Assembly: GCA_965203055.1 (NCBI GenBank)
Contig: OZ241863.1
Span: forward strand, 928,001 to 992,000
Reading direction: 5' to 3'
DNA from: Spirochaetia bacterium
GTDB taxonomy: Bacteria > Spirochaetota > Spirochaetia > SZUA-6 > Bin103
DNA: 64,000 nt
The notes beneath the pieces are model-generated. The model saw nothing but the letters and a program-made list of their open reading frames with translations. It was not told the origin of the DNA and did not search any database. Shown in pieces: positions 46,936-57,289 of this stretch (positions are counted from its first letter, which is position 1; each line of letters opens with the position of its first letter). The translations under genes were made by a program, and so were the position numbers.

Positions 46936-48063
46936 TCATCGATAGGGGTCGGCCGCATCTCTGAGACCGTCTCCCAGGAAATTGAAGGCCAGGACGGTAA
47001 CGATGACGAGAATGCCGGGGATCAACAACCACGGATACATGGCCACGACGTTCACCTGCTGAGCGGAGGTGAGCAGCGCCCCCCAACTCACCGCCGGCGG
47101 GCGAATGCCCAATCCCAGGAAGCTGAGCGCAGTCTCGCCTAGAATCATCGACGGAACGGCCAGCGTTACGTTCACCACAAGGTAGCTCATGAAAGAGGGA
47201 AGCAGGTGCCGCAGTATGATTGATCCGCTCCGCATCCCGGAAATCCTTGCCGCCAGGACGAAGTCCTCTTCCCGCAGACTGATGAGCTTGCCTCGCACCA
47301 CCCGCGCCAGCGTAGTCCAACCGATAAGGGAAAGTATGACGGTGATCGCGAAGTAGGTCTTGATCACTGACCAATCCCGCGGAAGCGCCGCGGCCAGCGC
47401 GATCCACAGCGGGATCTGCGGAAGACTCATGAATATCTCGATGATACGCTGGATGATCAAGTCAGGCTTGGAGCCGAAGTAGCCGGAAATCCCGCCCAGT
47501 ATGCAGCCCAATACAAAGCTGAAGGCGACACCGACGAGACCGATCGACAGCGAGACTCTCGCCGCGTAGACCGTGCGGGAGAACAGGTCTCGGCCAAGCC
47601 GGTCGGTGCCGAACAGAAATATCCTGCCCGGTTCCGCCACGCCGAACAGGCGCCGGTTGAGCGGAACGAACGACCACAGCTCGTAGGAGGCGCCCCGGGT
47701 AAAGAGACGAATGGGGTAGCGCTGGCTTTGGTCCTCGGAATATACCAACTCCCACGTTTCCGGATCCCGCCGCCGCTCCATGCCATATACGAACGGTTGA
47801 AAGTGGAACCTGCCATTGTCATCGACCAGACGAATACGGTGCGGAGGACTATACCTGAGCCGCGAGCGCTCGGAGATGTCATAAGGGCTTATGAACTCCG
47901 CAAACGCCGCAAAGACGTAGAGTATCCCCAGGACCACGGCGCCGGCCGCCGCCAGCTTGTGCCGCTTGAACTTGCGAAAGATCAACTGCCACTGCGAGGC
48001 CACGTAGAACCTCTCCGCGGCCGTCGACTCTCGTTCCTGTTCGCGGCCTGCCAGGCTTGTCAT
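46936..48063 (-). CDS. ABC transporter permease, DppC/OppC type
   Basis: FGTDRLGRDLFSR, ETALSFLGLG, GDGLRDAADP. Confidence 0.92.
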   Translation of the reverse strand: MTSLAGREQERESTAAERFYVASQWQLIFRKFKRHKLAAAGAVVLGILYVFAAFAEFISPYDISERSRLRYSPPHRIRLVDDNGRFHFQPFVYGMERRRDPETWELVYSEDQSQRYPIRLFTRGASYELWSFVPLNRRLFGVAEPGRIFLFGTDRLGRDLFSRTVYAARVSLSIGLVGVAFSFVLGCILGGISGYFGSKPDLIIQRIIEIFMSLPQIPLWIALAAALPRDWSVIKTYFAITVILSLIGWTTLARVVRGKLISLREEDFVLAARISGMRSGSIILRHLLPSFMSYLVVNVTLAVPSMILGETALSFLGLGIRPPAVSWGALLTSAQQVNVVAMYPWLLIPGILVIVTVLAFNFLGDGLRDAADPYR

Positions 48064-49043
48064 TCGTGCCGTATTCGTGGATCTATGAACATCAACAGCA
48101 GATCGGACACCAGCGTCCCTACCACGGTCAGAAAGCTGAGGAACATCACCGTGCTGCCGGCTAGGTAACTGTCCTGGCTGATCAGCGCGCCGTACAGGAG
48201 AGGACCGGTGGTTGGCAGGTTCAGCACGATCGCGGTGATGGTCTCCCCGGAAACGATGGCCGGAAGGGTCCAGCCTATGGTGCTGACAATGGGATTGATC
48301 GCGACCCGTACCGGATACTTGAAGGTGAGCCGCCGCTCCGGCAGGCCCTTCGACCGGGCCGTTATCACGTATTGCCGCCGCAGCTCATCCAGCAGGCAGC
48401 CGCGCATCACCCGAATCAGGGCCGCGGTACCGGCGGTCCCGATGACGATGACGGGGACCGGAAGATGCTTCAACATGTCGACCAGCTTGGCAAAGCTCCA
48501 GGCCTGAATCTGATACTCGGTGGAAAACAACCCGCCCGGACTCCAGCCTAGATACTTGAAGAAGAAGAACATGAGCATCAGGGCCAGCAGAAAGTTGGGG
48601 ACTGCCAGCCCGATGAAGCCCAGGGCGGTGACGACGTAGTCTCCGCCGGAATACTGCCTGAGCCCCGAATATATGCCCATCGGTACCGCTACGCCGTAGG
48701 TGAATCCCAGGGTAACGGTCGATATGATGATCGTAAGCGGCAGCCGCTCGGCGATCAGGTCGGATACCGGCCTGTTCCACTCGAAAGACCGGCCAAGATC
48801 GCCGCGCAGAAAATTCGCCATCCACTTTCGGTAGCGCGCCGGCAGGTTCAGGTCGAGCCCGTACTGCCGGCGCAGGCTTTCAAGGGCTTCCCGACTGATC
48901 GCCTGTCCGCTCTGCTCCAGTCTCATGACGTAGCTGGCCAGGTAATCGCCGGGTGGAAGATCGATGATGAGAAACGCCAGAATCGAAACCACGAACATGG
49001 TCACGAGCATGAAGATCACGCGGCGCGTAGTATAGATCAGCAC
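48060..49043 (-). CDS. ABC transporter permease, DppB/OppB type
   Basis: LPPGDY, GDLGRSF, YVITARSKG, IDPRIR. Confidence 0.92.
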   Translation of the reverse strand: MLIYTTRRVIFMLVTMFVVSILAFLIIDLPPGDYLASYVMRLEQSGQAISREALESLRRQYGLDLNLPARYRKWMANFLRGDLGRSFEWNRPVSDLIAERLPLTIIISTVTLGFTYGVAVPMGIYSGLRQYSGGDYVVTALGFIGLAVPNFLLALMLMFFFFKYLGWSPGGLFSTEYQIQAWSFAKLVDMLKHLPVPVIVIGTAGTAALIRVMRGCLLDELRRQYVITARSKGLPERRLTFKYPVRVAINPIVSTIGWTLPAIVSGETITAIVLNLPTTGPLLYGALISQDSYLAGSTVMFLSFLTVVGTLVSDLLLMFIDPRIRHE

Positions 49044-49078
49044 GTTGCTGCTGCCTGCCGGCTGCGGCGAGGCGAACG

Positions 49079-49114
49079 CCGTCCTCCCCGTCAGCGAGCG
49101 ACCGGGGAGGACGG
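49079..49114 (-). other. Intercistronic hairpin after the solute-binding protein gene
   Basis: CCGTCCTCCCC...GGGGAGGACGG 11-bp stem; no U-tract. Confidence 0.6.
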
Positions 49115-49127
49115 GTTCCGATGCCGC

Positions 49128-51209
49128 CTACTGCTCAAAGTACCATTGTTCGTGCAGGTACGGCGCGGTGAACATGTTGGCCCAGATGCCCCAAAGCCTG
49201 CCATCTTCGAGGGGAACGTTCTTGAGCTTCTTGTTGAGCGGAATGACGCGCCCCATCATGCCGACGGTACCTATCTGGTACACGTTTTCGCTGTGCAGGT
49301 CGAAAATCGCGTGCATGTGGTCGACGTACTCCTGCGTCCCCGACGTAAGGTACATCATGTCTTCGAGGCGCTGGTAGTATTCTTTGATCTCCTCGGGAGG
49401 CTCCTCTCCGCTGTCTCCCTTCGTGTTCCACCACTGTTCCCACTTCGGGGCGGCTCCGGTACTCATCGCGCCCAAACGCAGATTCCAGAACTTGAGCATT
49501 CGCCCGGTGGCTTCCAACTCCGCCGCGGAGAAGGACCAGATCGTTACCTCAGTCTCGGCATTGCCGATCATGGTGTGATAGAGGCCGCGTTCCGTGGTCT
49601 TCACGTTCGTACGAATTCCGACCTCGTCCCAGTACTCCTTGACCAGCTCAGCCTGCGCCTCCCACGAAGGAACCTCACCGGTGTGCTGTATCATGACGCT
49701 GAACTTGTTACCGTCAGGCCCAAGACGAAATCCGTCGGCGTCCCGCTCGTTCAGTCCCATTTCGTCGAGCAGCGCTGCCGCGGCATCGGGATCGAACCGC
49801 GCGTAGGGATGCCGCTCACCCCATTCGGGCTTGTAGAACGAGACGGCAGGATGGAGCGCCGCGGCGCGCGGGGTGCCGGTGTCCTGAAACACGATCTCGT
49901 TGATTTCGTCCCGATCTATCGCCACTGACAGCGCCCGGCGAAACCGAACATCCTGGAACACCTGGCGCTTGATCGGGTCCACTTGATTGAGATTGAACGT
50001 GAAAATCGCGTCTGACCCCTGCGTATCCTTCAGCAGAACGACCCGGTAACCGCCGGCTTCTTCATTGTTCTTGAACAACGGATAATCTTCCAGGCTCGTG
50101 TACGAATTGTAGTCGATCTCACCGGCAATCGTCTTCAGTTTCCGCACTTCCGAATCGGCGATGATGAGCCTCATGATCCGGTCTATGTAGGGCAACTGGT
50201 TGCCCGCGGTATCAACCGCGAAGTAGTACGGATTACGCACGTACAACCCATGATCCGGGTTTATCTCACCGAGCAGCCACGGTCCGGCATGGGGAAGGTC
50301 CGGATCACCCTGAGCGGCGTGGGTGTTCGCATGGAAGTTGAACGCCTGCGACCAGTTATCGTAACCTTCTTCCTTCGCTACTTCCTCAGCATCGGCATTG
50401 TAGGCGGGATGCCACTTCCGTAGATAATGCTTGGGATTGTAGAACCCGGCCGACCATTTCTTCTGCGATCCCTCGTGATGGCCAAGTCCGATGAGCGCAA
50501 GCTGGTACGGGACTTGAAAGCTCAGTTGAACACTGTAGTCGTCGAGTTTTACCAGCTCGGCGACTTCCCCGCCCGGAGTCCAGAAGCTCGGCGTCGCCGG
50601 CGTCAGCGTTTCGTTCAGCACGATGTCGTTCCAGGTGAAGAGTACGTCGTCGGCCGTAAAGGGGGCGCCGTCGGACCACTTCAACCCCTGTCGCAGCGTG
50701 ATCGTGAGGGTCTTGTAGTCATCAGAGAATGCGTAGCCCTTCGCGATGTTCGGCAGGACCTCGGTGGCCGCGGTATTCAACCTGAATATGGACGCCTTCT
50801 TGAAGAAGTAGGGGTCGTTCGCGCAAGCCTGGCAAGTGGTGACGGTTCGTAGTATGCCGCCGTACTGACCCACCTGCTCGTACGGCTTGACCACCATGAC
50901 GTCGCCGCCGGCGGGCAGCCGCTGCTCCACGGGAGGCAGTTCGCCGGCATTCACCTGTTCGCGCAGCATGGGAGCTTCGTCGAACTCGGAGATGGTGTTG
51001 CCGGTGGCCTGTTCATAATCTCCAAGGGTTGCCCAAAGGTAGTCGCCGGTCACGAATTCGCCGGTTCTCACCGGGCCTTCAGCCTCGCGGGAAGAGGCAG
51101 CCGGTGCTTCCTCTGCTCCTTCTTCGCCGCCGGCGGCCCAGAGGCCGGTCGCGGCAAGGGTCAAGCCAAACAGTACCGCAAGGCTCGTCCTGAACGTTCT
51201 TTCTCTCAT
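49128..51209 (-). CDS. ABC transporter substrate-binding protein, family 5
   Basis: Signal peptide; LPPVEQRLP, LRQGLKWSDGAPFTADD, GNQLPYID. Confidence 0.92.
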   Translation of the reverse strand: MRERTFRTSLAVLFGLTLAATGLWAAGGEEGAEEAPAASSREAEGPVRTGEFVTGDYLWATLGDYEQATGNTISEFDEAPMLREQVNAGELPPVEQRLPAGGDVMVVKPYEQVGQYGGILRTVTTCQACANDPYFFKKASIFRLNTAATEVLPNIAKGYAFSDDYKTLTITLRQGLKWSDGAPFTADDVLFTWNDIVLNETLTPATPSFWTPGGEVAELVKLDDYSVQLSFQVPYQLALIGLGHHEGSQKKWSAGFYNPKHYLRKWHPAYNADAEEVAKEEGYDNWSQAFNFHANTHAAQGDPDLPHAGPWLLGEINPDHGLYVRNPYYFAVDTAGNQLPYIDRIMRLIIADSEVRKLKTIAGEIDYNSYTSLEDYPLFKNNEEAGGYRVVLLKDTQGSDAIFTFNLNQVDPIKRQVFQDVRFRRALSVAIDRDEINEIVFQDTGTPRAAALHPAVSFYKPEWGERHPYARFDPDAAAALLDEMGLNERDADGFRLGPDGNKFSVMIQHTGEVPSWEAQAELVKEYWDEVGIRTNVKTTERGLYHTMIGNAETEVTIWSFSAAELEATGRMLKFWNLRLGAMSTGAAPKWEQWWNTKGDSGEEPPEEIKEYYQRLEDMMYLTSGTQEYVDHMHAIFDLHSENVYQIGTVGMMGRVIPLNKKLKNVPLEDGRLWGIWANMFTAPYLHEQWYFEQ

Positions 51210-51323
51210 GGAACAGGTCTCCTTCGATCCTTTCTCAAGAGCGCTGAGGTCACCGCCGGCCTCTTCTGCGCTAGTCGGAGTTGAGGACGGTAGCGGCGAG
51301 GTTGCCCGGTCACCCGCGCGTTG

Positions 51324-52184
51324 TCAAGCGCTCGCGCTCCTCCACAGGCGATCCAACGCTTCCGAGACCTCGGCTGCGGCCTGCTTCGGGTCTTGTTCGG
51401 CGACCGCGTTGATGCGCGCGTTGAACGGTTCGGTCGTCACCGGCCCGTCGTAGCCCCGCGCGCGCAGCTTCCGCAGAAAACCGGGAAGGTCGATCTGGCC
51501 GGTTTCCAGGGGCAGGAATCGCTCGTTGTCGATGAGCTGATCCAGCGGAGTGTCGGCCGGAGCATCGCTTACGTGAACCGTCACGACGTCGCCGGCAGAG
51601 ATGCGGTCGAGGTCGGCCGGCGAACCGCCCGAGGAATAGAGGTGCCAGGCGTCCAGCAGCAGGCCCACGTTGCCGGTGCCGATTTCCTCCGCCAGCTCGA
51701 TCATCCGGTCCATGGTATGGATGAACTCGTAGCGGCGCCCGGCGCGCAGCGTCGATGGGCCAAGGAATTCGAGCCCGAGCCGGCAGTCGTACTCGCGCAG
51801 AATCTCGGCGATGGCGCGGAATCGTTCGGTATGCCAACGCAGGTTCTCGGCGTAATCCAACTCGTCGGACCAGGAGAGGCACCACGTCGCCGTGCGCCTG
51901 CACCCGAGCTCGCGGCCGAGCTCGGCAAGCCGCGGCAACTCGATCAGGTCGCGCCGCCACTCGTCGGTCCGCCACGCCACCGGCAACGACCAGAGACCGG
52001 GGCGCACGCCCGCCCCGGAGAAGAGCGACCGCACGTGTTCGACGCCGTGCGCGCCGGAGAGCGTTCGCGCCTCACGGATGTCGAAATCGATTCCGGAGTA
52101 GCCCGTTGCTGCGGCCAGCTCGACGGTCTCGGCAAGTGAGATTCCGCGAATGCCAATCGCTCGGGCGTTGAGATTCTTGAACAT
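51324..52184 (-). CDS. Sugar phosphate isomerase/epimerase (xylose isomerase-like TIM barrel)
   Basis: LGLEF, LLLDAWH, VHVSDA, GYDGPVTTEP. Confidence 0.87.
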   Translation of the reverse strand: MFKNLNARAIGIRGISLAETVELAAATGYSGIDFDIREARTLSGAHGVEHVRSLFSGAGVRPGLWSLPVAWRTDEWRRDLIELPRLAELGRELGCRRTATWCLSWSDELDYAENLRWHTERFRAIAEILREYDCRLGLEFLGPSTLRAGRRYEFIHTMDRMIELAEEIGTGNVGLLLDAWHLYSSGGSPADLDRISAGDVVTVHVSDAPADTPLDQLIDNERFLPLETGQIDLPGFLRKLRARGYDGPVTTEPFNARINAVAEQDPKQAAAEVSEALDRLWRSASA

Positions 52185-52287
52185 CGCCGGTCACCTATAG
52201 CCGCGGCCGACGGCCTCGTCAAGGAGAGCTTTGGGCTGGGGAGGGGCCTTTGGCCGCCGGGTAGTCTATGATGAAGGCTGCTGAACG

Positions 52288-55200
52288 ATGCCTGCATCTG
52301 ATCCGAACACGCGCGCGCACCTGGAATGGCTGGGGTTCATCCAGCCGCACGGTCTGGTGGTGTCGCCGCCGGCGCTGCTCAAGGCGGGCGCGTTCGTCAA
52401 CCGGCAGGATACCCACCGGCAAGCGCTGCTCGCCGGCTGCGCCGAGGAACGCGAGCTCGCTCCCGACCGGCCGCCCACCGCGTGCATCCGCGACTTCCGC
52501 GAGTTCGCCGGTACGGTGCTCGGCTGGGGATTCTCGCCCCGGGGCTACGCCGGCTTCACTGAAGAAACTCCGATCCCTGAAGAACTCACGCTGCCGCTGC
52601 CCGATTACGGCGAGACCCTGCGCCCCGACTTCGCGGTGCGCGAACGCGACCCGGCGAACGGCGACTCGCCGTGGCAACTGCTGGTGCAGGTGCTGGCCGC
52701 CGGCCAGGAGTTCGACCGTCCGGCGCCCGGCCCCGGCGGGCTGGACGCATCCGCCCAGGGGCGCGCGGAACGCCTGCTGCGCGCCACCGGGGTGCGCGCC
52801 GGCGTGCTGGTCAACGGAGTTGCGCTGCGCCTGATCTCCGCCCCGCACGGCGAGAGTTCCGGCTGGATGGATTTCCGCTTCGCCGACCTGCTCACCACCG
52901 CCGGACGCCCGCTCTGCTCCGCCCTGCACCTGCTTCTGTCCGAACAGCGCCTGCTGGCGTTGCCGCGCCATGAACGCCTCACCGCCGTGCTGGCCGACAG
53001 CCGCCTCTACCAGAACGAGGTCTCCGAGCGCTTGGCCGAGCAGGTGCTGCATGCGTTGTACGAACTGGTACGCGGCTTCCAGAACGCCCATGCCGCCACC
53101 GACGGCGCGCTGCTGAGCGAGCCGCTGGCCGCCGGCGGGGACCGCAACGCCATCTACCGCGGGCTGCTGACCGTGATCCTGCGGCTGGTGTTCCTGCTGT
53201 ACGCGGAGGAGCGCGGCCTGCTGCCGAAGGACGAGACCTTTGCGCGCCACTACTTGCTGGGAGGCCTCTACCGGCGGCTGCGCAAGGACGCTGCGGCCTA
53301 CCCGGACACGATGGATCAGCGCTATGGCGCCTGGGCGCAGTTGGTGGTGCTGTTTCGCCTGCTCCACGACGGGGTTGCGGCGGACCGCACCGGCGGCGCG
53401 GTGAGTCTGCCGGAGCGCCGCGGTGCGCTGTTCGATCCGGACCGCTACCGGTTCCTGGAAGGCCGTAGCGGCGGCGGGTCGCGGCAGCGGCATGCGCGGC
53501 TGGAGCCGCCGCGGGTGTCGGACGGGGTGGTCTACCGGGTGCTGGAAAAGCTGCTGGTGCTGGACGGGGAGCGGCTCTCCTACCGGACGCTGGACGTGGA
53601 GCAGATCGGCTCGGTGTACGAGACGATCATGGGGTTTCGGCTGGAGACCGCGACCGGGCGCTCGCTGGCGGTCAAGCCGGGCAAGAAGCTGGGCGCGCCC
53701 ACCACCATCGACCTCGACGCGCTGCTGGCGCAGCCTTCGGGGCGCCGCGGGCGCTGGCTGCAGGAGCGCGCCGACCGCCCCGTCAGCGCCGCGGTCGCCA
53801 AGGGGCTGCGCGCCGCGCGGACGGTGAACGACCTGCACGCGGCGCTGGACCGGGTGCTGGACCACGCTGCGACGCCGGACCTGGTGCCGCGCGGCGGGCT
53901 GGTGCTGCAGCCCAACGAGGAGCGGCGCCGTTCCGGCTCGCACTACACGCCGCGCGAGCTGACCGAGCCGATCGTGCGCCACACCCTGGCGCCGCTGCTG
54001 GAGCGGCTACGCGCCGCGGACGGCGGCGCGCCGCGCCCGGAGCAGGTGCTCGAACTCAAGATCTGCGATCCGGCGATGGGCTCGGGGGCGTTTCTGGTGG
54101 AGACCTGCCGCCAGCTTGCCGACGCGCTGATCGAGGCGTGGGCCGCGCACGGCGCCGCGCCCGACGTTCCGCCGGACGAGGACGAGGTGACCTTCGCGCG
54201 CCGGCTGGTGGCGCAGAAGTGTCTGTACGGCATCGACCGCAACCCGATGGCGGTGGACTTGGCCAAGGTGTCGCTGTGGCTGAGCACGCTGGCGCGCGAC
54301 CATCCGTTCACCTTCGTGGACCACGCCTTCCGCCGCGGCGATTCGCTCCTCGGGCTGACGCGGCGGCAGCTCGAAGCGCTGCACTGGCAGGGCGGGCAGC
54401 CGATCCTGGCCGGCTTCGGGGTGCGCGAGGCGATGGAACAGGCCGCGGCGTTGCGGCGCCGGATTCGGGAAGCGGACGACACCGTGACCGACCGGCAGTT
54501 GCAGCGTCTGTGGCGCCGCGCGCAGGACGCGCTGGCCGAGGTGCGGCGGTTCGGCGATCTGACGCTGGCGGCGTTCTTCGAGGGCTCGAAGCCGAAGGAG
54601 CGCGCGGCGCGTCTGGAGGCATATCAGGAAGCGATCCTGACGCGGCAGGCGCGGCGCTACGCCGCGGAGTTGAAGGCGCGCCGTAACGCCGAGGTGCCGT
54701 TTGCGCCGTTTCACTGGGAGATCGAGTTTCCGGAGGTGTTCGAGCGGGAGAACCCCGGCTTCGACGGCTTCGTCGGCAACCCGCCGTTCGCGGGCAAGAA
54801 CAACGTTGCCGCCGGCAACGTCGCCGGCTATCCGAGCTGGCTGAAGGAACTACACGCGCGGAGCCACGGCAACGCCGACCTGGTGGCGCACTTCTACCGG
54901 CGCGCGTTCGACCTGCTGCGCGGCGGCGGCGCGTTCGGTCTGATCGCCACCAACACGATCGCCCAGGGTGACACCCGTTCCAGCGGCCTGCGCTGGATCT
55001 GCGAACGGGGCGGGGAAATCTACCGCGCCGTCAAGCGCGTCAAATGGCCGGGCGATGCGGCGGTGGTGGTCAGTGTGGTGCACGTGGAGAAGGGGCAAGT
55101 TTGTCGGCAGAAGATGCTCGACGGCGTCCCGGTGGACCGCATCACCGCGTTCCTGTTCCATCGCGGCGGTCACGCCGACCCGGTGCGGCTTGCGGCGAAC

Positions 55201-56340
55201 GCCGGCAAGAGCTTTGTCGGGAGCTACATACTCGGCATGGGATTCACCTTCGACGACACCGACCGGAAGGGAGTCGCGTCATCGCTCGCCGAGATGCGGC
55301 GGCTGGTCGCTCAGGAACCGCGCAATCGGGAAGTGATCTTCCCCTACATCGGCGGCGAGGAGTTGAACACCGGCCCCACTCACGCGCCTCATCGCTACGT
55401 CATCAACTTTCACGACTGGCCCCTGCACCGGGCGAAGATCGGAGAATCGTGGGCCGCGGCTGACGCGGAGCGAAGGCGAGCGTTACGGCGCCGTCCGCTC
55501 GTGCCGCACGACTACCCCGGCCCGGTTGCGGCCGATTGGCCGGACCTGCTGAGAATCGTCGAGTCGAAGGCCAAGCCAGAGCGCGACGTTCAGAACCGTA
55601 AAGCACTTCGAGAGCGTTGGTGGCATTACGCCGAAAAGCGACCGGGCCTCTACGCCGCCATCGCTGGCCTGGACCGAGTGCTGGTAGTCTCCCGTGTCGG
55701 CCAACACGCGGCATTTACCTTCCTCCCAAGAGACATGGTGTACGCGGAATCCATGATCGTCTTTCCGTTGACTTCGTACGCCGCACTCTGCGCATTACAA
55801 TCCCGCCCTCACGAAGTTTGGGTCCGTTTCTTCGGATCGTCGCTGGAAGAACGGCTCCGCTACACCCCTTCCGACTGCTTCGAGACCTTCCCGTTCCCGG
55901 AAGGCTGGGAAACTCATCCCGACCTCGAAGCCGCCGGCAAGGCGTATTACGAGTACCGCGCCGCGCTCATGGTGGACAACGGCGAAGGCATGACCGGCAC
56001 CTACAACCGCTTCCACGACCTCTACGAGACCGACCCGCGCATCGCCGAGCTCCGCGAGATGCACACCGCCATGGACCGCGCCGTGCTCGACGCCTACGGC
56101 TGGACCGACATTCCCACCGCCTGCGGCCTCCTCCTCGACTACGCGATCGACGAAGCCTCCTGGGGCCGCAAGAAGAAGCCGTACCGCTGGCGTTGGCCCG
56201 ACGAAGTCCGCGACGAAGTGCTCGCCCGCCTCCTCGCCCTCAACGCCGACCGCGCCGCCGCCGAAGCCCGCGCCGGCACCGCCGCCGGCCCCTCGCCCGC
56301 TGCCGAAGGCGGAAGTGGACCGGATCATGCTATCGTCTGA
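52288..56340 (+). CDS. Large N6-adenine DNA methyltransferase (Eco57I / DISARM DrmMI-like)
   Basis: EQIGSVYE, GSHYTP, CDPAMGSGAFL, YGID, FHWEIEFPEVF, GNPPF, RYTPSDCFETFPFP. Confidence 0.88.
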   Translation: MPASDPNTRAHLEWLGFIQPHGLVVSPPALLKAGAFVNRQDTHRQALLAGCAEERELAPDRPPTACIRDFREFAGTVLGWGFSPRGYAGFTEETPIPEELTLPLPDYGETLRPDFAVRERDPANGDSPWQLLVQVLAAGQEFDRPAPGPGGLDASAQGRAERLLRATGVRAGVLVNGVALRLISAPHGESSGWMDFRFADLLTTAGRPLCSALHLLLSEQRLLALPRHERLTAVLADSRLYQNEVSERLAEQVLHALYELVRGFQNAHAATDGALLSEPLAAGGDRNAIYRGLLTVILRLVFLLYAEERGLLPKDETFARHYLLGGLYRRLRKDAAAYPDTMDQRYGAWAQLVVLFRLLHDGVAADRTGGAVSLPERRGALFDPDRYRFLEGRSGGGSRQRHARLEPPRVSDGVVYRVLEKLLVLDGERLSYRTLDVEQIGSVYETIMGFRLETATGRSLAVKPGKKLGAPTTIDLDALLAQPSGRRGRWLQERADRPVSAAVAKGLRAARTVNDLHAALDRVLDHAATPDLVPRGGLVLQPNEERRRSGSHYTPRELTEPIVRHTLAPLLERLRAADGGAPRPEQVLELKICDPAMGSGAFLVETCRQLADALIEAWAAHGAAPDVPPDEDEVTFARRLVAQKCLYGIDRNPMAVDLAKVSLWLSTLARDHPFTFVDHAFRRGDSLLGLTRRQLEALHWQGGQPILAGFGVREAMEQAAALRRRIREADDTVTDRQLQRLWRRAQDALAEVRRFGDLTLAAFFEGSKPKERAARLEAYQEAILTRQARRYAAELKARRNAEVPFAPFHWEIEFPEVFERENPGFDGFVGNPPFAGKNNVAAGNVAGYPSWLKELHARSHGNADLVAHFYRRAFDLLRGGGAFGLIATNTIAQGDTRSSGLRWICERGGEIYRAVKRVKWPGDAAVVVSVVHVEKGQVCRQKMLDGVPVDRITAFLFHRGGHADPVRLAANAGKSFVGSYILGMGFTFDDTDRKGVASSLAEMRRLVAQEPRNREVIFPYIGGEELNTGPTHAPHRYVINFHDWPLHRAKIGESWAAADAERRRALRRRPLVPHDYPGPVAADWPDLLRIVESKAKPERDVQNRKALRERWWHYAEKRPGLYAAIAGLDRVLVVSRVGQHAAFTFLPRDMVYAESMIVFPLTSYAALCALQSRPHEVWVRFFGSSLEERLRYTPSDCFETFPFPEGWETHPDLEAAGKAYYEYRAALMVDNGEGMTGTYNRFHDLYETDPRIAELREMHTAMDRAVLDAYGWTDIPTACGLLLDYAIDEASWGRKKKPYRWRWPDEVRDEVLARLLALNADRAAAEARAGTAAGPSPAAEGGSGPDHAIV

Positions 56341-56362
56341 GCGCTTGGAGGGATTAGGCGCC

Positions 56363-57199
56363 ATGACCAGCTCTACGCTCGCTCCCGCTGCTATCGAGTA
56401 CCCCACCGAGGACGGTGTCCCTATGGCCGAAACCGATGCCCAGGGCATCCCGCTCATGTACGCGGTCACCGGACTGCGCGATTTCTTCCTCTGCCGTCCC
56501 GACGTCTATGTTTCCGGCAACCTGCTGATCTACTACCAGGAGGGCAACTTCGATGCCTCGGTAGCGCCCGACGTGTTCGTGGTGTTCGGGGTGCCGAACC
56601 ACATCCGGCCGACGTACAAGGTGTGGGAGGAGGGCAAGAGCCCGGACTTCGTAATGGAGATCACCTCGCGCCACACGCGGCGCAAGGATCAGGGGGCGAA
56701 GCGGGAGTTGTACGAGTCGCTGGGGGTGCAGGAGTACTGGCAGTACGATCCGACGGGAGACTACCTGGAGCCGCGGTTGCGCGGCATGCGTCTGATGGGC
56801 GGAGAGTACGAGGAGCTGACGGAGACCCGGCTGGGGGACGGAACGCTGGTGATGTACAGCGCGGTGCTGGGGCTGGAAGTACGGATCGAGGAAGGGGAGC
56901 TGCGCTTTCACGACCCTGAGACGGGAGAGAGCATATCGACGTTCACCGAGCAACGACAGGGGCGGCAGCAGGCCGAACGGGAGTGGCAGCAGGAGCGGTT
57001 GGCGCGACAGCAGGCCGAACGGGAGCGGCAGCAGGAGCGGAAGGCACGGCGGCAGGCGGAGCGGGAGCGGCAGCAGGCGGAACAGGCACGGCAGCAGGCG
57101 GAAGCCGCGCGTCATGCGGCGGAAGCGCAGGTGGCAGAGCTGCGGGCACTGCTGGCGCGGCAGCACGATCCCGGCGCTGACTCCGGTCCGGGGCGGTAA
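56363..57199 (+). CDS. Uma2-family endonuclease with a C-terminal coiled-coil
   Basis: VAPDVFVV, PDFVMEITS, GVQEYWQYDP; QAERERQQ repeats. Confidence 0.88.
   Translation: MTSSTLAPAAIEYPTEDGVPMAETDAQGIPLMYAVTGLRDFFLCRPDVYVSGNLLIYYQEGNFDASVAPDVFVVFGVPNHIRPTYKVWEEGKSPDFVMEITSRHTRRKDQGAKRELYESLGVQEYWQYDPTGDYLEPRLRGMRLMGGEYEELTETRLGDGTLVMYSAVLGLEVRIEEGELRFHDPETGESISTFTEQRQGRQQAEREWQQERLARQQAERERQQERKARRQAERERQQAEQARQQAEAARHAAEAQVAELRALLARQHDPGADSGPGR
56962..57103 (+). repeat. 21/42-bp intragenic tandem repeats encoding a heptad coiled coil
   Basis: Recurrent CGGCAGCAGG(C/A)..GA units. Confidence 0.7.
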
Positions 57200-57289
57200 A
57201 ACGCACTCTGCGGCCACCGACGGCGAAGCCGCCGGCAGTCTCGCTTCTTGCTTGACCGGCCGCCGGGGCGGACCTAATCTGCCTTGGAG

